Notes: generated by a model not told the origin, from the letters alone. Numbered from the stretch's first letter, positions 26,474-40,546 are shown. The stretch: 64,000 nt of DNA from Eledone cirrhosa (GCA_964016885.1 OZ024741.1:155310001-155374000); one strand, 5' to 3'. Numbers and translations: made by a program.

Positions 26474-27341
26474 TGAGGATGTCTGTCTGTGTGTGTGTGA
26501 GTTTGAATCCTTAAAACACGAGAACCACCCAACCGACTGTTTTCAAACTTTACACATATAATACTTATATTTCAGGGAGTGTTCTGAGCAAAAGAAAATG
26601 CAAATTTTCAATGCCTTTAGGGGATTTAGCGATCTCTCTCTATAATTCTTAGTCTTTCTCTTTTTAGATAGATACATAAATATAACGTCGTGCCCTTATA
26701 ATATCTGTCTGTATGTCTGGCTGTCTGCCTTACGTCACTTTTCCGAGGACGTCTGTCTCTGTGTGTGTGTCTGTTAGTTTCAATCCCTAAAACTGAGAAG
26801 TACCCAACCGATTTTTCTCAAACTTTACATGTGTATTACTTATGTTTCAGGGAGTGTTATGCACATAAAAAATTCAACTTTTTGATTTCCTAGGACCCGC
26901 ATTAGGTGAAAAACTGCATTTTTTCAGCTTTTTAGGGCTTTTTTGCGGCGTTAGGTCAGACCGATTTCCTTGACTATGTATTAGTCAGTCTCTTCTTCAT
27001 TCTGTGAGCAAAGAAAATCCAACTTTTTTATGGCCTAGGTGAAAAACTTCATTTTTTCAGCTTTTTAGGGCTTTTTGGAGGCATTACGTCTAGCCAATTT
27101 TCCCGAAATTTCAAGGCATATTATGCACATAAAAAAAATTCATTTTCTTGATCCCCTAGGGCTCGCATTCGGTGAAAACCTGCATTTTCCTGCTTCATTA
27201 AGGAAAATCTTAAAGATTATCCAGCCATCAGAGTATTCGGTTTATTTCTTTACATATTGTCTAGGCATGCAGTTTTTCGACGATCAGGTCTGTTGGCTGC
27301 CAAAATACCTTATCCCGTGCAACGCCTGGTACCACTGCTAG
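26460..27341 (+). mobile_element. Non-autonomous Helitron
   Basis: Homologous to 12015-12895; ends in hairpin and CTAG|T. Confidence 0.8.
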
Positions 27342-27439
27342 TATATATATAATTTGCTGTCGAAACAGTATAATCTTACCCTTAAGGCAAAGATCCCTCT
27401 TAATCTTACCCTTAGGGCAATGATAAGAATGATAACAAG

Positions 27440-27623
27440 TGTTTCTACTTTTGGCACAAGGCCAGCAATTATCGCAGTGTATTACTGGTACTTTATTTTA
27501 TCGACCCCGTAAGGATGAAAGGCAAAGTTAACCTTGGCGGGATTTGAACTCAGACCATAAAGGGCCGTAACTCTTTGCTGCAAAGCATGGCGTCCGACCC
27601 TCTACCGATAGTGCCAATCCACC
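27440..27623 (-). mobile_element. SINE family A with target-site duplication
   Basis: ATAAGAATGATAA on both sides. Confidence 0.9.
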
Positions 27624-27734
27624 AATAAGAATGATAATAATACATGTATAAGTGTATGGATATATGTATGTATGTATGTATGAATGTATGTATGTATATA
27701 TGTATGTATGTATGTATATATGTATCTGTTAAAG

Positions 27735-28560
27735 GGCAATAGTGATGGTTGTTGATAAGTTCGCGTACCTGGGCAGTACTCTCTCTAGGACCAGCACCCT
27801 TGATGAAGAGATCAGTTTCCAGCTGTCTAAAGCATCTGATGCACGAAAGTTTGAAGTGATTCAATCATGTGTGCTTACAGCTTAGCTGTATGGATAGGAG
27901 ACATGGAGAACAATGCTGGTGAGCCATCCCCAAGTTCTCATGGAGTTCTTATACATAGGCCTGTCTTCTAAACACCCAGGTCATGATCATGAAACAGGAT
28001 CTCCGATATCTAGGTCACATAGTATGCTTTGAAGCAAATAGACTCCTAAAGCAAGTACTACACGGAGAGCAGTTGCAAGGCAAACGCCAGCGGTGTAAGC
28101 CACACAAGTGCATTAAAGACTGTTTGAAAGATATCTCGAAGAAGGTCAACATTCGAACCGAAACATAGGAACATTTTGCAACAGAGAGAGAGCACTCTGT
28201 CGAAATCTGATTGCTGCAAGTGTGAAGGAATTTGAAAAGAAGCAGAGGGTTTATGGTGAAGTGAAGAAAGCAGCGAAATATATGGGGTGTGTCATTCCGC
28301 TCTCAGAACCGGGTTCGAAAGAGACTCTTACCTCTGAGTGATGCGGACGTATATGCATGTCAAAGGTTGGCCTAATACTCATTTGAGTACCCCCATACAA
28401 CTTGATTTAGCTTGTGACATCTGTATCAATGTGTGTCATTCTGCATATGGGCCAACACGGCAGCACAAAGCATGCCCGCCAACCAAGTCACTTCCTGGTC
28501 TGATGAACTATCTAAGGCGACACCAGCGACAGCAACACAATAACAATTTTTTGTCTAAGA
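27735..28560 (+). pseudogene. Decayed RTE-clade LINE ORF remnant
   Basis: VDKFAYLGSTLS..LDEEI; LRYLGHI..RLLKQVLHG..GKR..KD.LK. Confidence 0.7.
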
Positions 28561-28604
28561 AATGGCTATATTCTGTATGTATGTATGTATGTATATATGT
28601 ATGC

Positions 28605-29190
28605 TACTGGTAACATGTATCCCAGTACAACCTGTCTCATGGTCGGGTCGTTGGCGACTAAACTGGCAACCCCACCAAGGTTTCTTGGTGAGGAGGGTGA
28701 CTTTGGACATTCTGCAGGACTAAAAACAAAACCTGTCAAAGGGCAAAGGCGCTCTTAAGAGTCAATGGCCATCCAAAATCACCGGGAGAGATGACCCCTT
28801 AGCCTTTGTCAAGGCAGAATTCTAGGAGAAGGAAAACTCTGATATAACACCTGCAACTCTGATGGTATCCAATGATGTTGACTTGTTCTTCTTTTTGGTA
28901 AATATCATCTTGGTTAAGAGAGTGGGACTGGCTTTGTGCAGTGCCTTTGCTCACTATAAAAGCTTCACGGCACAGGCATTGCTTTATATCTGGAGATCTC
29001 TCTGCACTTGTCGTCACATGGTACCATGGGCCCAGCACTATGTGTCAATAATTGTCACAAGTGTAGTGTTTGTACCAGAGTTTTCAAGTCGCTGGCTGGA
29101 CTAAAAAGTCACACTCGTTCAGCGCATCGGTAGGGGTTCTCCTACATGGATATAAAGTAGTAGCCGTACTCGAAAACGAGTTGGCAGCCA
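28605..29190 (+). mobile_element. Repeat resembling an RTE 5' UTR
   Basis: Second copy at 61217-61570; shared CTAGGAGAAGG.AACTC motif. Confidence 0.5.
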
Positions 29191-29244
29191 CCATGTATGT
29201 ATGTATGTATGTATGTATGTATGTATGTATGTATACAAACATCA

Positions 29245-29680
29245 ACAATATCGGTAAAGTTACAAATGCTTTTGGCAAACTTCGTCAGCGTCTGTGGAAT
29301 AAATGAGGAATATCATTGGAAATAAAAATTAATAATCTTTCCAATCTGTGCGAATCAGAAATTTGTATCATCTATCGAGTGTTTTAATCAGATTGATGTC
29401 TTTCATAATCGATGTCATCAGACCATTCGTGGATACATCTTAAATAACATAATTTCGAATATTGACCTACTAGCTATCCTATGTTTTGCAATCCCAATTA
29501 AGATGGATTCACCACGTCCTCAGAATGAATGACAATAGAATTCTAAAAGTCCTCCTGTATAGCCATAAATTTAGTGGAAGGCCATGGCTGAAGTACAAGG
29601 ACAAACTCAAAGCTAACGTGGAAGCGTAAAAAATTCATGCAGAAACATTTGAAAATCTATACTGAATCGAAATAAATTGA
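29245..29680 (+). pseudogene. Decayed RTE-clade remnant
   Basis: IGKVTNAFGKLRQRLWN; LRW..HVLRMNDNRI.K.LLY. Confidence 0.65.
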
Positions 29681-29881
29681 GTCTTGATCTAACTTTTTCA
29701 TTTTATCAAGGCTCAATAGTGAGTCATGTTACTCTTGAGTTTCGCCTATTTATCACAGGATCATCAGACAAGTACGTATATTTATGTGTATATATACCTA
29801 TGTATGTATGTTTTATGTATGCATGTTTTGTATCTATGTATGTTTTTATGGATGTATATATTTATGCATGTATGTGGGTCT

Positions 29882-30556
29882 GTTTCTCTCTTTTTCTTAA
29901 TTTTTAGTTTATTTTTAGCCAGCCACATTTCAATCAGAAAGAGGTTCCTGCTCTCACTTGTGCAGTGTTGTATTGTCAATCCATTCATGCTTAAATTTTC
30001 GAAGGAGGGCAATTTTTCTCTTTGTTTGTTCCATTGTTTCATAAAAAATGCAAATTTGGACTCACCAAATGTAATTGTAGTATCTGTGGAGAATTGGGTA
30101 ATGTTTGATACCATTGATATTTGGCCCGTACAACGTCAGGTCGTCGACAAAAGAAAGGTGGTAGACACTTCTATAACCACGGTGTTTTGTGAGCAGTGGA
30201 TTTAACGAGAGAACAAAGAGCAGTAATAAAAAGCCATGCAAGATGCCTTTTTCGTAGTGTATGATATCACACTCAATTTGCTTCTTATAATTTCCAGAAA
30301 TCAAGTTGGTGTACCAAGTGTTGTTCAGGCGTTCGATGGCAGCTGCTAGTGATTGTGGGATTTGGCTCACTCTAAACCCATGATAATCCACCTATGTATC
30401 AAATGATTTCTGGTAGTCAAGCTGCACTATAGACAGGTTCCTGCTGTTCTTCCCTATTTTTACATGCATCATCTTATTAATTAGTAACTGCTCTATACAG
30501 AACTACACTTTCTTCTTTTCCATAGCTTGCTCAGGTGTTATGAGGCTATAGGCGGT
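29882..30556 (-). pseudogene. Decayed R4-clade LINE RT fragment with 3' end
   Basis: KGILHG..LLFVLSLNPL..HLSFVDDLTLY; 3' end resembles 31003-31060. Confidence 0.7.
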
Positions 30557-30580
30557 AGAATAATCCTGTATGTGTGTATG

Positions 30581-31940
30581 TATGTTCTTCTGGTTTTATA
30601 ATTTCACAAAGTTTTACCAATAGAGAGAGAGTCGGTTTCTAACATAGACACAAGACTCTCTCATTAGAATTTACACAATATCAACTAGGTAGATATGTAT
30701 GTATGTCTGCATGCATGCATGTGTAGATATGGATGTTATTGTATGTGTGGATGTGTATGTTTTGAGTTGTATGTGTGCATGTGTATATGCTTTGTATCTG
30801 TACATGTGTATATGCAGTTATTAGATGCAAAATTTTTGGAATGTTTTACATATTTTTACTGTTCCATTAATGGATTGTACTTGTAATTTCCTAACTAGTT
30901 GTGTTCTTTCTGTTCCTGTGAAGCCTAGCTTATGTATGTATGTATGTATGTATGTATGTATGTATGTATGTATGTATGTATGTATGTATGTATGTATGTA
31001 TGTTTTCTCTTTCTCTTAATTTCGAGTATATTTTTTTGACCGGCCACCTTCCTGGTGGCAAGGTTGTAAAAGAAAAGAAATTGTCATCCCTTGAATCGCA
31101 AGAATGTTTTGCAAATTTTGAAGGTGCCAGCTATCGCAGCCATTTGTAGACTATGAATTAGGGAGCTGCGCTTTTTTATGTATGTACGTATGTATGTATG
31201 TATGTATGTATGTATGTATGTATGTATGTATGTATGTATGTATGTATGTATGTATGTATGTATGTATGTATGTTTCTCTTAATTTCGAGTACATTTTTGA
31301 CCGGCCACCTTCCTGGTGGCAATGTGGGGAAAAGAAAAGAAATTGTCATCCCTTGAATAACAAAAATGTTATGAAAATTTTGAAAGTGCCAGCTATGTAT
31401 GTATGTATTTATGTATGTATGTATGTTCTTCTGGTTTTATAATTTCACAAATTTTTGCCAATTGAGAGTGTCGGTTTCTAGCAGAGTTACAAAACTCTCT
31501 CATAGGAATTTACACAACATCAACTAGGTAGATATGTTTGCATGTCTGCATGCATGCATCTGTGTGCAGGTATGGATGTTATTGTATGTGTGGATGTGTA
31601 TGTTTTGAGTTGTATGTGTGCATGCGCAAATGCTTTGTATTTGTACATGTGTACATGGAGTTATTAGCTGCAGAATCTTTGGAATGTTTTACATATTTTT
31701 ACTATTAATGGATTGTACTTGTAATTTCCTAACTAGTCTTGTATGTATGTATGTATGTATGTATGTATGTATGTATGTATGTATGTATGTATGTATGTAT
31801 GTATGTATGTATGTATGTTTCTCATTCTCTTAATTTCGAGTCCATTTTGACCGGCCACCTGGTGGCAATATTGTAAAAGAAAAGAAATTGTCATCCTTTG
31901 AATAGCAAAGATGTTTTTCAAATTTTGAAAGTGCCAGCTA
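30581..31940 (-). repeat. Local duplication with three R4-like 3' ends separated by (TATG)n
   Basis: 31003-31175, 31273-31395 and 31817-31940. The minus strand of the first reads LQMAAIAGTFKICKTFLRFKG*. Confidence 0.7.
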
Positions 31941-32269
31941 TGTATGTATGTATGTATGTATGTATGTATGTATGTATGTATGTATGTATGTATGTATGTA
32001 TGTATGTATGTATGTATGTATGTATGTATGTATGTATGTATACGTGTTATGTACGTATGTATCAATGTAGGTAGGTATGTTTATAAATATACATGAGTAT
32101 TTATGTGTATATATGTATATATGTATGTATCTTAGCATGTCTAAATGTATGTATACATGTGTATGCATGTATATTTGTATGTAAGTATGTATATACGTAT
32201 GTATGTGTATATATATGCACAAAAGTATGTATGTATACATGTTTGCATACATGTGCGTAGGCGCATATG

Positions 32270-32359
<90 letters not shown>

Positions 32360-32360
<1 letters not shown>

Positions 32361-33146
32361 TAGCAGTGGTACCCGGCGTTGCACGAGATAAGGTATTTTG
32401 GAACGCGGGCCGCCAACAGACCTAATCGTGGAAAAACTGCATGCCTGGACAATATGTAAAGAAAATAAACCGAATACTCTGATGGCTAGATAATCTTTAA
32501 GATTTTCCTCTATGAAGCAGGAAAAATGCAGGTTTTCACCTAGGGGATCAAGAAAATATTTTTTTTTTATGTGCATAATATGCCTTTGCTCACAGTATGA
32601 AGAAGAGACTGACTAATACATAGTTACAATTTCAAGGAAATCGGTCTGACGTAACCCCTAAAAAGCTTAAAAAACGCAGTTTTTCACCTAATGCGGGCGC
32701 TATGAGATAAAAAAAAGTTGAATTTTTTATGTGCATAACACTCCCTGAAACATAAGTAATACACATGTAAAGTTTGAAAAAAATCGGTTAGGTACTTCTC
32801 GAGTTTTAGGGATTCAAACTGACAGACACACACACAGAGACAGACATCCTCAGGGAAGTGACGTAATGCAGACAGCCAGACATACAGACAGATATTATAA
32901 GGGCACGACGTTATATGCATGTATCTATCTAAAAAGAGAAAGACTTAGAATTATAGAGAGAGATCGCTAAATCGCCTAATGCGGTCCCTAGGGCATTGAA
33001 AATGTGAATTGCTTTTGCTCAGAACACTCCCTGAAACATAAGTATTACATGTGTAAAGTTTGAAAACAGTCGGTTGGGTACTTCTCTAGTTTTAGGGATT
33101 CAAACTCACACACACAGACAGACATCCTCAGTTTTATATATATAGA
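32360..33146 (-). mobile_element. Non-autonomous Helitron
   Basis: A|TC 5' end; hairpin and CTAG|T 3' end. Confidence 0.82.
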
Positions 33147-34016
33147 TATATGTGCATATGTTGATGTGAATCTGTATGTATATATTTATGTCTATATGTA
33201 TGTTTGTTTGCATGTGTATATGTATATGTTATATATGTATGTACTGTATGTATGTAAAGTAATGTATGCATGCATGTATGTATGTACGGATGTATGTATG
33301 TTTGTATGTTTGTATGTATGTATATAACATATCAAATTCAAGAGCAGTTTTAACTCTTTCGTTACCATATTTCTAATGAAATTCATCAAGCATTTTGGAA
33401 GGATTTATCAAAATAACTAACTTTCTCACAATTAAACTGTTTGAAACATAACACATCAAATGTTCTTCCATAAAGTTATGATGCAACATTGTGTTACCAT
33501 ATTTATAATGAAAGACACTACCAATGATTTTCAAATAGTTTTAAAAATTATTCAGGCTTCAATAATATAACTAACTTTTTAATTATTAATCTGGAGTTTG
33601 GAGCATAATTAAACAAAATTTCTTACACAAAATTATGACTGAACGTTTTAAATTGACACAAATATTAAATTAAGTAGTTTTGTATCATAGAACCTGGGCC
33701 GGCATTGTATAAAAAGTTTAATGCAGTGGGTAATTGGGGACTGCTCATTAGTGCCGTGCAGAGTGCGACAGAAACAAGAGGAAGTCACTCAACGTTTTCG
33801 TATCTCTAATCCTCACTCCAGACGAAATGGACGAAATATTCAATGGGCTCTCGACAAAGCAATAGACGATAAGCGTTTACTGACAGGAACGAAGTACGAG
33901 CGAGGGAGAAAGAACGAGAAAGAGAGAGGGAGAAAGAGAGAGGGAGAGAGAGAAAGCGAGAGAGAGTGAAAGAGAGGGCGAGAGAACGAGAGAGAGAGAG
34001 AGAGAGGGCGAGATAG

Positions 34017-34114
<98 letters not shown>

Positions 34115-34390
34115 ACATTTGTGGGAGTTTAGAGTTAGATAAATAGACAGATGTATATATATATATATACGGGGTAACAGATTATTGTTATAGGTAGTCC
34201 ACTTAAGTGTAGTCCAGTTATGGTACTCCGGGTAGTGGATGATATCAACGCTTGGCTAAGTTTGACTCAACAAGGCGTTTCCATAGTCATGCTGCGAGTA
34301 CGCGGTAATTTCTATGTTGTAAACACTTGGAGTAATGATAAATCAGGAAAGAAGAGTGACACGGTTTGCTATACAAAAAAGGTTTTTAAT

Positions 34391-34509
34391 CTCATTGCTG
34401 ACAATTGTTTCACTGAACTGGTAGGTCTAGAGATCGCTATCCGCTTGTTTTCACGTTATTCGATCACCAATACCAAGTTGTAACCAGTCAATTCATCGGA
34501 GCTTGTGAG
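34391..34509 (-). ncRNA. Hammerhead (CCGAUGA core, long stem II)
   Basis: Minus strand GCT-CCGATGA...GAAAC-AATT-GTC/AGC. Homologue of 40547. Confidence 0.65.
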
Positions 34510-34987
34510 AATGAAAGGAATATACAAGCATGGTTACTATATATAGTAGTAATGGCATTCAATCAGAACAATAACAACAATACTAACAATGCTAGCAATA
34601 AATTATTTGAAATAATCACAACACCAATCTAGGTGGGTAATATAGTATATCTACGATTTTAACGTGTAAAACTAGCTGACATGAGGCAGATGTATAAAAT
34701 TGACAGGTAAAAGCTGTCATGGGGTGTATTATATATAGTGTAAAGATAAGCCGGTGGCTTTAAACAATGTAGGTCTGGTGGCCGTAAGAATCACTTATTA
34801 TCTGACAGATGAAAAATTTATCACTGTAGTGAGGATAGTAATATTTGTGGTGTTAGGTTCAATATTTGTGTGGTCTATATTAGATGAAAGGGTTGTCTAG
34901 CTTTCCTATCATCAATAACATACATGTATAAGACAACATTAACAGAGTAGCAATATAATAAGCAAGTTAATACAGAGGTTAAGGAAG

Positions 34988-35049
<62 letters not shown>

Positions 35050-35340
35050 TTCAAGAGTAACCAATCTTAAAGAGAGAGATGGAGATAGGAGAGGAGATAT
35101 GAGAGGAGAGATTGGTGAATTAGTTAGAAGCCAAAGCGTAAAGGCATGTGCTCAATGTGCAATATGCAGTAGAAAGCAGCTAGGTGGCTGGGTTCATGCA
35201 GAAGTTAGGTGCGCAGAGCTGGAAATATTCATTAGTTAAGCAAAACAAGACCACAAATTTCACAAGGAAGACATTATTAAAAGATTATCAACATATTTTA
35301 GTTTGATGTAAGGAATGTAGAGAATAATAATAATAATAAT

Positions 35341-35376
<36 letters not shown>

Positions 35377-35378
<2 letters not shown>

Positions 35379-38138
35379 GGTGAGGAAACTACTTGGTATA
35401 AAAGCGAGAGGAAACAACAGAGAAGAAAGAGCAGAGCCGTGGTGGAAGAAACGACTGAGTGGTCAAATCGGGGAAATGAGAAATGACATAGGAAAGCTTG
35501 AGTCACTACTGAATGGGACACTAAAAAACATAGGTACTAAAAATAGACTGGAAATAAAGTACAAAACTAGGAGGAAAAAGCTAAATATTATCATAGAGGA
35601 ACTGAAGCAACGCATTGTAGCAAAGAGTGCAAAAATCAGGCGATACGAGAACAGAGTCAGTCAGTATAAACAGAACCGCATGTTCGACAACAACCAGAAG
35701 ATGCTGTTTGGACAGCTTGAGGGGAAAGAAAGAGGCAACGACTTGATCCCTGGGGCGGAGCAAACTAAAACATTCTGGAGAGGAATATGGGAGCAGGATG
35801 TTAGACATAATGTCCAGGCAGGGTGGATTGAGACAGTACAGAGGGAGATCGGTGAGCAGGCACACCAACAAACTGATTTGAGTATCACAGTTGAAACTCT
35901 TAAGGGGCAGGCCAAAAAACTAACCAACTGGAAATCACCAGGCCCAGATGGTGTGCAGGGGTATTGGATTAAAAATTTAACATCCCTCCACCCGAAGCTG
36001 ACGGCCATGTTCAATGACTGCTTGGTGTCGGGTGAGGTGCCAGAGTGGTTGACAAAAGGTACCACAGTTCTGATAATGAAAGACCGAATCAAGGGTAATG
36101 ATGTTACCAACTATAGACCTATCACATGTCTGTCCGTAATGTGGAAACTGTTGACGAGCATTGTGTCTGAGGAAATCTACCATCACCTCCACACAAACAA
36201 CTTGTTACCGGACGAACAGAAAGGATGCCGAAAGAAGTCACTTGGTACAAAGGACCAGTTGCTTATTGATAAGATGGTAATGGGGAATTGCAGGAGGAGA
36301 CACACTGATCTTGCCATGGGATGGATAGACTACAGAAAGGCATTTGACATGGTGCCTCATTCTTGGATCACCAAAAGCCTGGAGATCTTCAGGGTGGCAG
36401 ATAACATCAGACAGTTGCTGGGCAGGAGTATGGGGTCCTGAGAGACAGAGTTGACATCAACTGGAGTATCCTTGGGAAGCGTGAAAATCAAGAGAGGTAT
36501 CTTCCAGGGAGATAGCCTGTCCCCTCTGTTGTTTGTCCTTGCCCTGATGCCCTTGACCATTATGCTGCGAAAAGTGAGAGCAGGATACAAGTTGGGAAAG
36601 GGAGAGCTTACCATCAATCACCTCCTCTTCATGGACGATCTTAAGCTCTTCGGGAAAAGTGAGAAGGAGTTGGATGTGCTTGTTGACACTGTCCGTATTT
36701 TCAGCAGTGATATATGTATGCAGTTTGGTATTAGTAAATGTGGAGTCATTGTGATGAAGAGGGGTAGGTTGAGCAGAAGTAATGGGATCCAGATACCAAC
36801 AGGTGAGATGATAAAGGAAATTGACTCTGAGGAAGGATACAAGTATTTGGGCGTTCTGGAGGCTGATGGCATAAAGAACAAAAAAATGAAGGAATTGTTA
36901 AGAACTGAATACATTCGGAGAGTAAGGAGCGTATTGAAGTCACATCTGAACAGCAGAAATGCCATAAGCGCAGTAAATTCCCGAGCTGTGTCTATTATTA
37001 GGTACAGTGCGGGAATTCTGAGATGGAATGTTGCTGAACAAAAAGAAATGGATAGGAAGACTAGGAAGCTATTGACTATCTACAACATGTTCCACAAGAG
37101 GAGTGATGTCGATAGACTCTACCTAAGGAGATCTGAGGGTGGAAGAGGTCTTATCAGCATAGAGGACTGTGTTCAGATGGAGAAAAACAACCTATACAAA
37201 TACGTGACCTATAGTAAGGAGCCAATGCTCAGAACTGTACTGAAGGAGGGGACAGTAGGCCAGGGGATGTCCAAGGAGGAAATAACATCAAGGAGGAAGA
37301 GCAGCCTTAAGGGAAAATCCCTTCATAGTACCTTCTTTGAGAAAACTGAATTTAGAGATCCACAGACATGGAACTGGTTGAGAGGAGGAGACCTCAAAAA
37401 GGCTACAGAAGGAATGCTAATGGCTGCGCAGGAGCAGGCCCTCAAAACGAAGTGGTTGAAGCACCATATTTACAAGGAGGAGGCTAGCCCACTGTGCAGG
37501 ATCTGTGGAGAGAGAGAGGAGACTGTGGCTCACATTGTGTCCGAGTGTAAACACCTAGCCCAGACCCACTATAAGGGCTGGAGACACGATGTGATGGGCA
37601 GGGTGATCCACTGGCACCTGTGCAAAGTAAACAATTTACCACACTCTGAGAAATGGTATGAGCATAGGCCAGAGACGGTGATGGAGAACAATCGGGTGAA
37701 GGTGCTGTGGGATTTTAGGATACAGACGGACAAAAAACTGGAACACAATAGACCTGACCTGGTGGTTGTGGACAAAGAAAAAAGATCGTGTCTGATTGTG
37801 GATGTGGCCTGCCCTTTCGACACGAGAGTGCAGGAGGAGAGGGAGAAAATTAACCGATACCAGGACCTAAAGTGGGAGGTGAAAAGGATTTGGAACTGCC
37901 ATGAAGTCAAAGTGATCCCGATTGTCATAGGCGCACTGGGGACTATCTCCAAAAGTTTCCAGGGATGGTTAAAGAAAATCGGCCCCATCACGATTTTTGG
38001 AACGCTTCAAAAGGCATGCTTGCTTGGAACAGCAAGAACCCTCCGATACGTCCTGAATATCTGAGGCTGCAGGTAGTGGCTTGATATTCATTCCAACGGA
38101 CTTTCCAGTTAACCAACATCAATGACTGAGATTCAAGG
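35377..38138 (+). mobile_element. 5'-truncated R4/Dong-clade LINE (RT, CCHC, restriction-like endonuclease), one in-frame TGA at 36439
   Basis: KSPGPDG, NYRPIT, GIFQGDSLSP, HLLFMDDLK, CRIC..HIVSEC, RHD, PD..D..K. (AAT)n at both ends. Confidence 0.95.
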
Positions 38139-38185
38139 AATAACAACAATAATAATAATAATAATAATAATAAAGAAATCATTAT

Positions 38186-39079
38186 TAGGACAATAGACCA
38201 GGGGATGTCCAAGAAGGAAATAACAACAAGGAGAAAGAGCGACCTTCATGAAAAATCCCTTCATAGTACCTTCTTTGAGAAAACTGAATTCAGAGATCCA
38301 CAGACATGGAACTGGTTGAAAAGAGGAGACCTTAAACAGGCTACAGAAGGATTGCTAATGGCTGCGCAAGAGCAGGCCCTCAAAACGAAGTGGTTGAAAC
38401 ACCATATTTACAAGGAGGAGGCTAGCCCACTGTGCAGGATCTGTGGAGAGAGAGAGGCGACTGCGGCTCACATTGTATCCGAGAGTAAACACCTAGCCCA
38501 GACTCACTATAAGGGCTGGAGACATGATGTGATGGGCAGGGTGATCCACTGGCACCTATGCAAAGTAAACAATTTACCACATTCTGAGAAGTGGTATGAG
38601 CATAAGGGTGAGTCGGTGATAGAAAACGATCAGGTGAAGGTGCTGTGGGATTTTAGGATACAGACGGACAAGAAACTGGAACACAATAGACCTGACCTGG
38701 TGGTTTTGGACAATGAAAAAAGATCGTGCCTGATTGTGGACGTGGCCTGCCCATTCGACACGAGAGTGCAAGAGAAGGAGAGGGAGAAAATTAACCGATA
38801 CCAGGACTTAAAGTGGGAGGTAAAAAAGCTTTGGAACTGCCATGAAGTCAAAGTGGTCCCGATTGTCATAAGTGCACTAGGTACTATCTCAAAAAGTTTC
38901 CAGGGATGGTTAACGAAAATTGGCCCCGCCACGCTTTTTGGAACGCTTCAAAAGGCATGCTTGCTGGGAACAGCAAGAACCCTCCGATAGGTCCTGAATA
39001 TCTGAGGCTGCAGGTAGTGGCTTGATATTCATTTCAACAAACTTTCCAGTTAACTAACATCAATGACTGAGACTCAAAG
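38186..39079 (+). mobile_element. Second, shorter tandem R4/Dong copy
   Basis: Highly similar to 37250-38138 including the 3' UTR. Confidence 0.93.
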
Positions 39080-39094
39080 AACAATAATACTAAT

Positions 39095-39281
39095 AATTGT
39101 TTCTACTTTAGGCACAAGGCCAGCAATTACCCAGTGCATTACTGGTACTTTATTTTATCGACCCCGTAAGGATGAAAGGCAAAGTCAACCTCGGCGGGAT
39201 TTGAACTCAGATCGTAAAGGGACGTAACTATGCTGGAAAGCATGGCGTCCGACCCTCTACCGATACTGCCAATCCACCGCC
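39095..39281 (-). mobile_element. SINE family A
   Basis: Full copy inside the AAT tract. Confidence 0.88.
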
Positions 39282-39459
39282 CTAACAATAATAATAATAA
39301 TAATAATTATTATTATTATTCATATTATTATTATTATTATTATTCTCTACATTCCTTACATCAAACTAAAATATGTTGACAATCTTTTAATAATGTCTTC
39401 CTTGTGAAATTTGTGGTCTTGTTTTGCTTAACTAATGAATATATATATATATATATATA

Positions 39460-40465
39460 AAGAGAAAACATGCTGACTACAATTATAACAGGAGGAAAGT
39501 AATGTTCTGCTGTAGTAGTATTTTGAAATGTTCTTGGATTTAGGTTCATTTGTTGGAGGAAGTTGTGTTGACAGCAGCTGAGAAGGGATATATTTATGGG
39601 TTGATAAGGTACTTAATGATTGCATTACTGTGGTATAGAATTAAGAAGGCTAGAATGTACTTAATGATTATATTTCCGTGGTGGTTCGTGCAGTATAGTG
39701 TATATCCTAAGTTGAAAGCTAAGTTACGTCGGTTCGATTCACGGAGGCTTAAATCTTGTGAATTTAGTGGCGATCCTGTGTCTACAGAAGATTGATCTTT
39801 CTAATTTGTTGTTGAGTAGCCTTTTTACATTTCTAAGGATATATAGTAATTCTAGATCACAGAGCCTACAGTGGGACATACCGGTACTGTAGGTCTTTGC
39901 GGCCGACAACCTAGACCAGTTGATACTGTAGTTGGTGTTATTGTCCTTAAGTTCCCAGATTTTTTGCGAGGGCTGTAGAACCCATAAATGCACAGTTTTT
40001 CATCGAGTGTCTGTGCACATACCATCTTTTTTTAAAACTAATAGATAAACACTTCCCTATTTCACACAGATATCATAAAATACTCAATAGAAAACTATAA
40101 AACTCTCATACTCTACGGCAGCAAATATAGAATCACACATACGCAAGATCAACCACAGAAATACTTCTAGGGAATCCGCCCCACCTAAGCGCAACATAGC
40201 ACCAAATTATAAACAAACACATCACAGTATCACAACCGCAAGCGCATACAAGCACACAGCAGCAAAACCCCAACGGGCATGAATCACAACCCACTTATAG
40301 CAGTGTGGAAGCTGCACGAAATAACACCTCAAACTGTAACTGTCACCTACCGGATAGGTGCCCATTGGCGAATAGATGCCTTGATTCAAGCCTAGTGTAC
40401 ATGTGTACAGTCAACTCAGACAACTCCACTTGCCATTACATTGGATCCACCGCGGGTACTTTTAA
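39460..40465. mobile_element. Rearranged PLE GIY-YIG remnant
   Basis: Plus 40305-40465: CNC..CPL..CL..LVY..YIGST. Minus 39739-39993: IWELK..W..CRLC..LN..CRH. Confidence 0.8.
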
Positions 40466-40546
40466 TTCCCATGTAGGCTATACTTGGAGTAATAATAGTG
40501 AAAGAATGAAGAGTAACATGGTTGGCTGTACAACAAGGTTTTCTGA

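Noticed and set aside
28608-28668. Possible HDV-like ribozyme at the start of the RTE-like UTR (CCAGT/ACTGG, GTCG/CGAC, CTAA)
   Set aside because: P2 and P4 candidates are present, but I could not build convincing P1, P3 and L3 by eye. A descriptor search on the family consensus is needed.
30581-31940. CRISPR-like repeat-spacer pattern
   Set aside because: Eukaryotic context; the units are LINE 3' ends between microsatellites and no cas genes are present.
33690-33960. TATAAAA followed by unique sequence and (GA)n as a promoter
   Set aside because: No linked exon or ORF was found, and the motif is common in AT-rich DNA.
36439-36441. In-frame TGA as selenocysteine or readthrough
   Set aside because: It falls at a likely Trp position, no SECIS was seen, and a single TGG>TGA change explains it.
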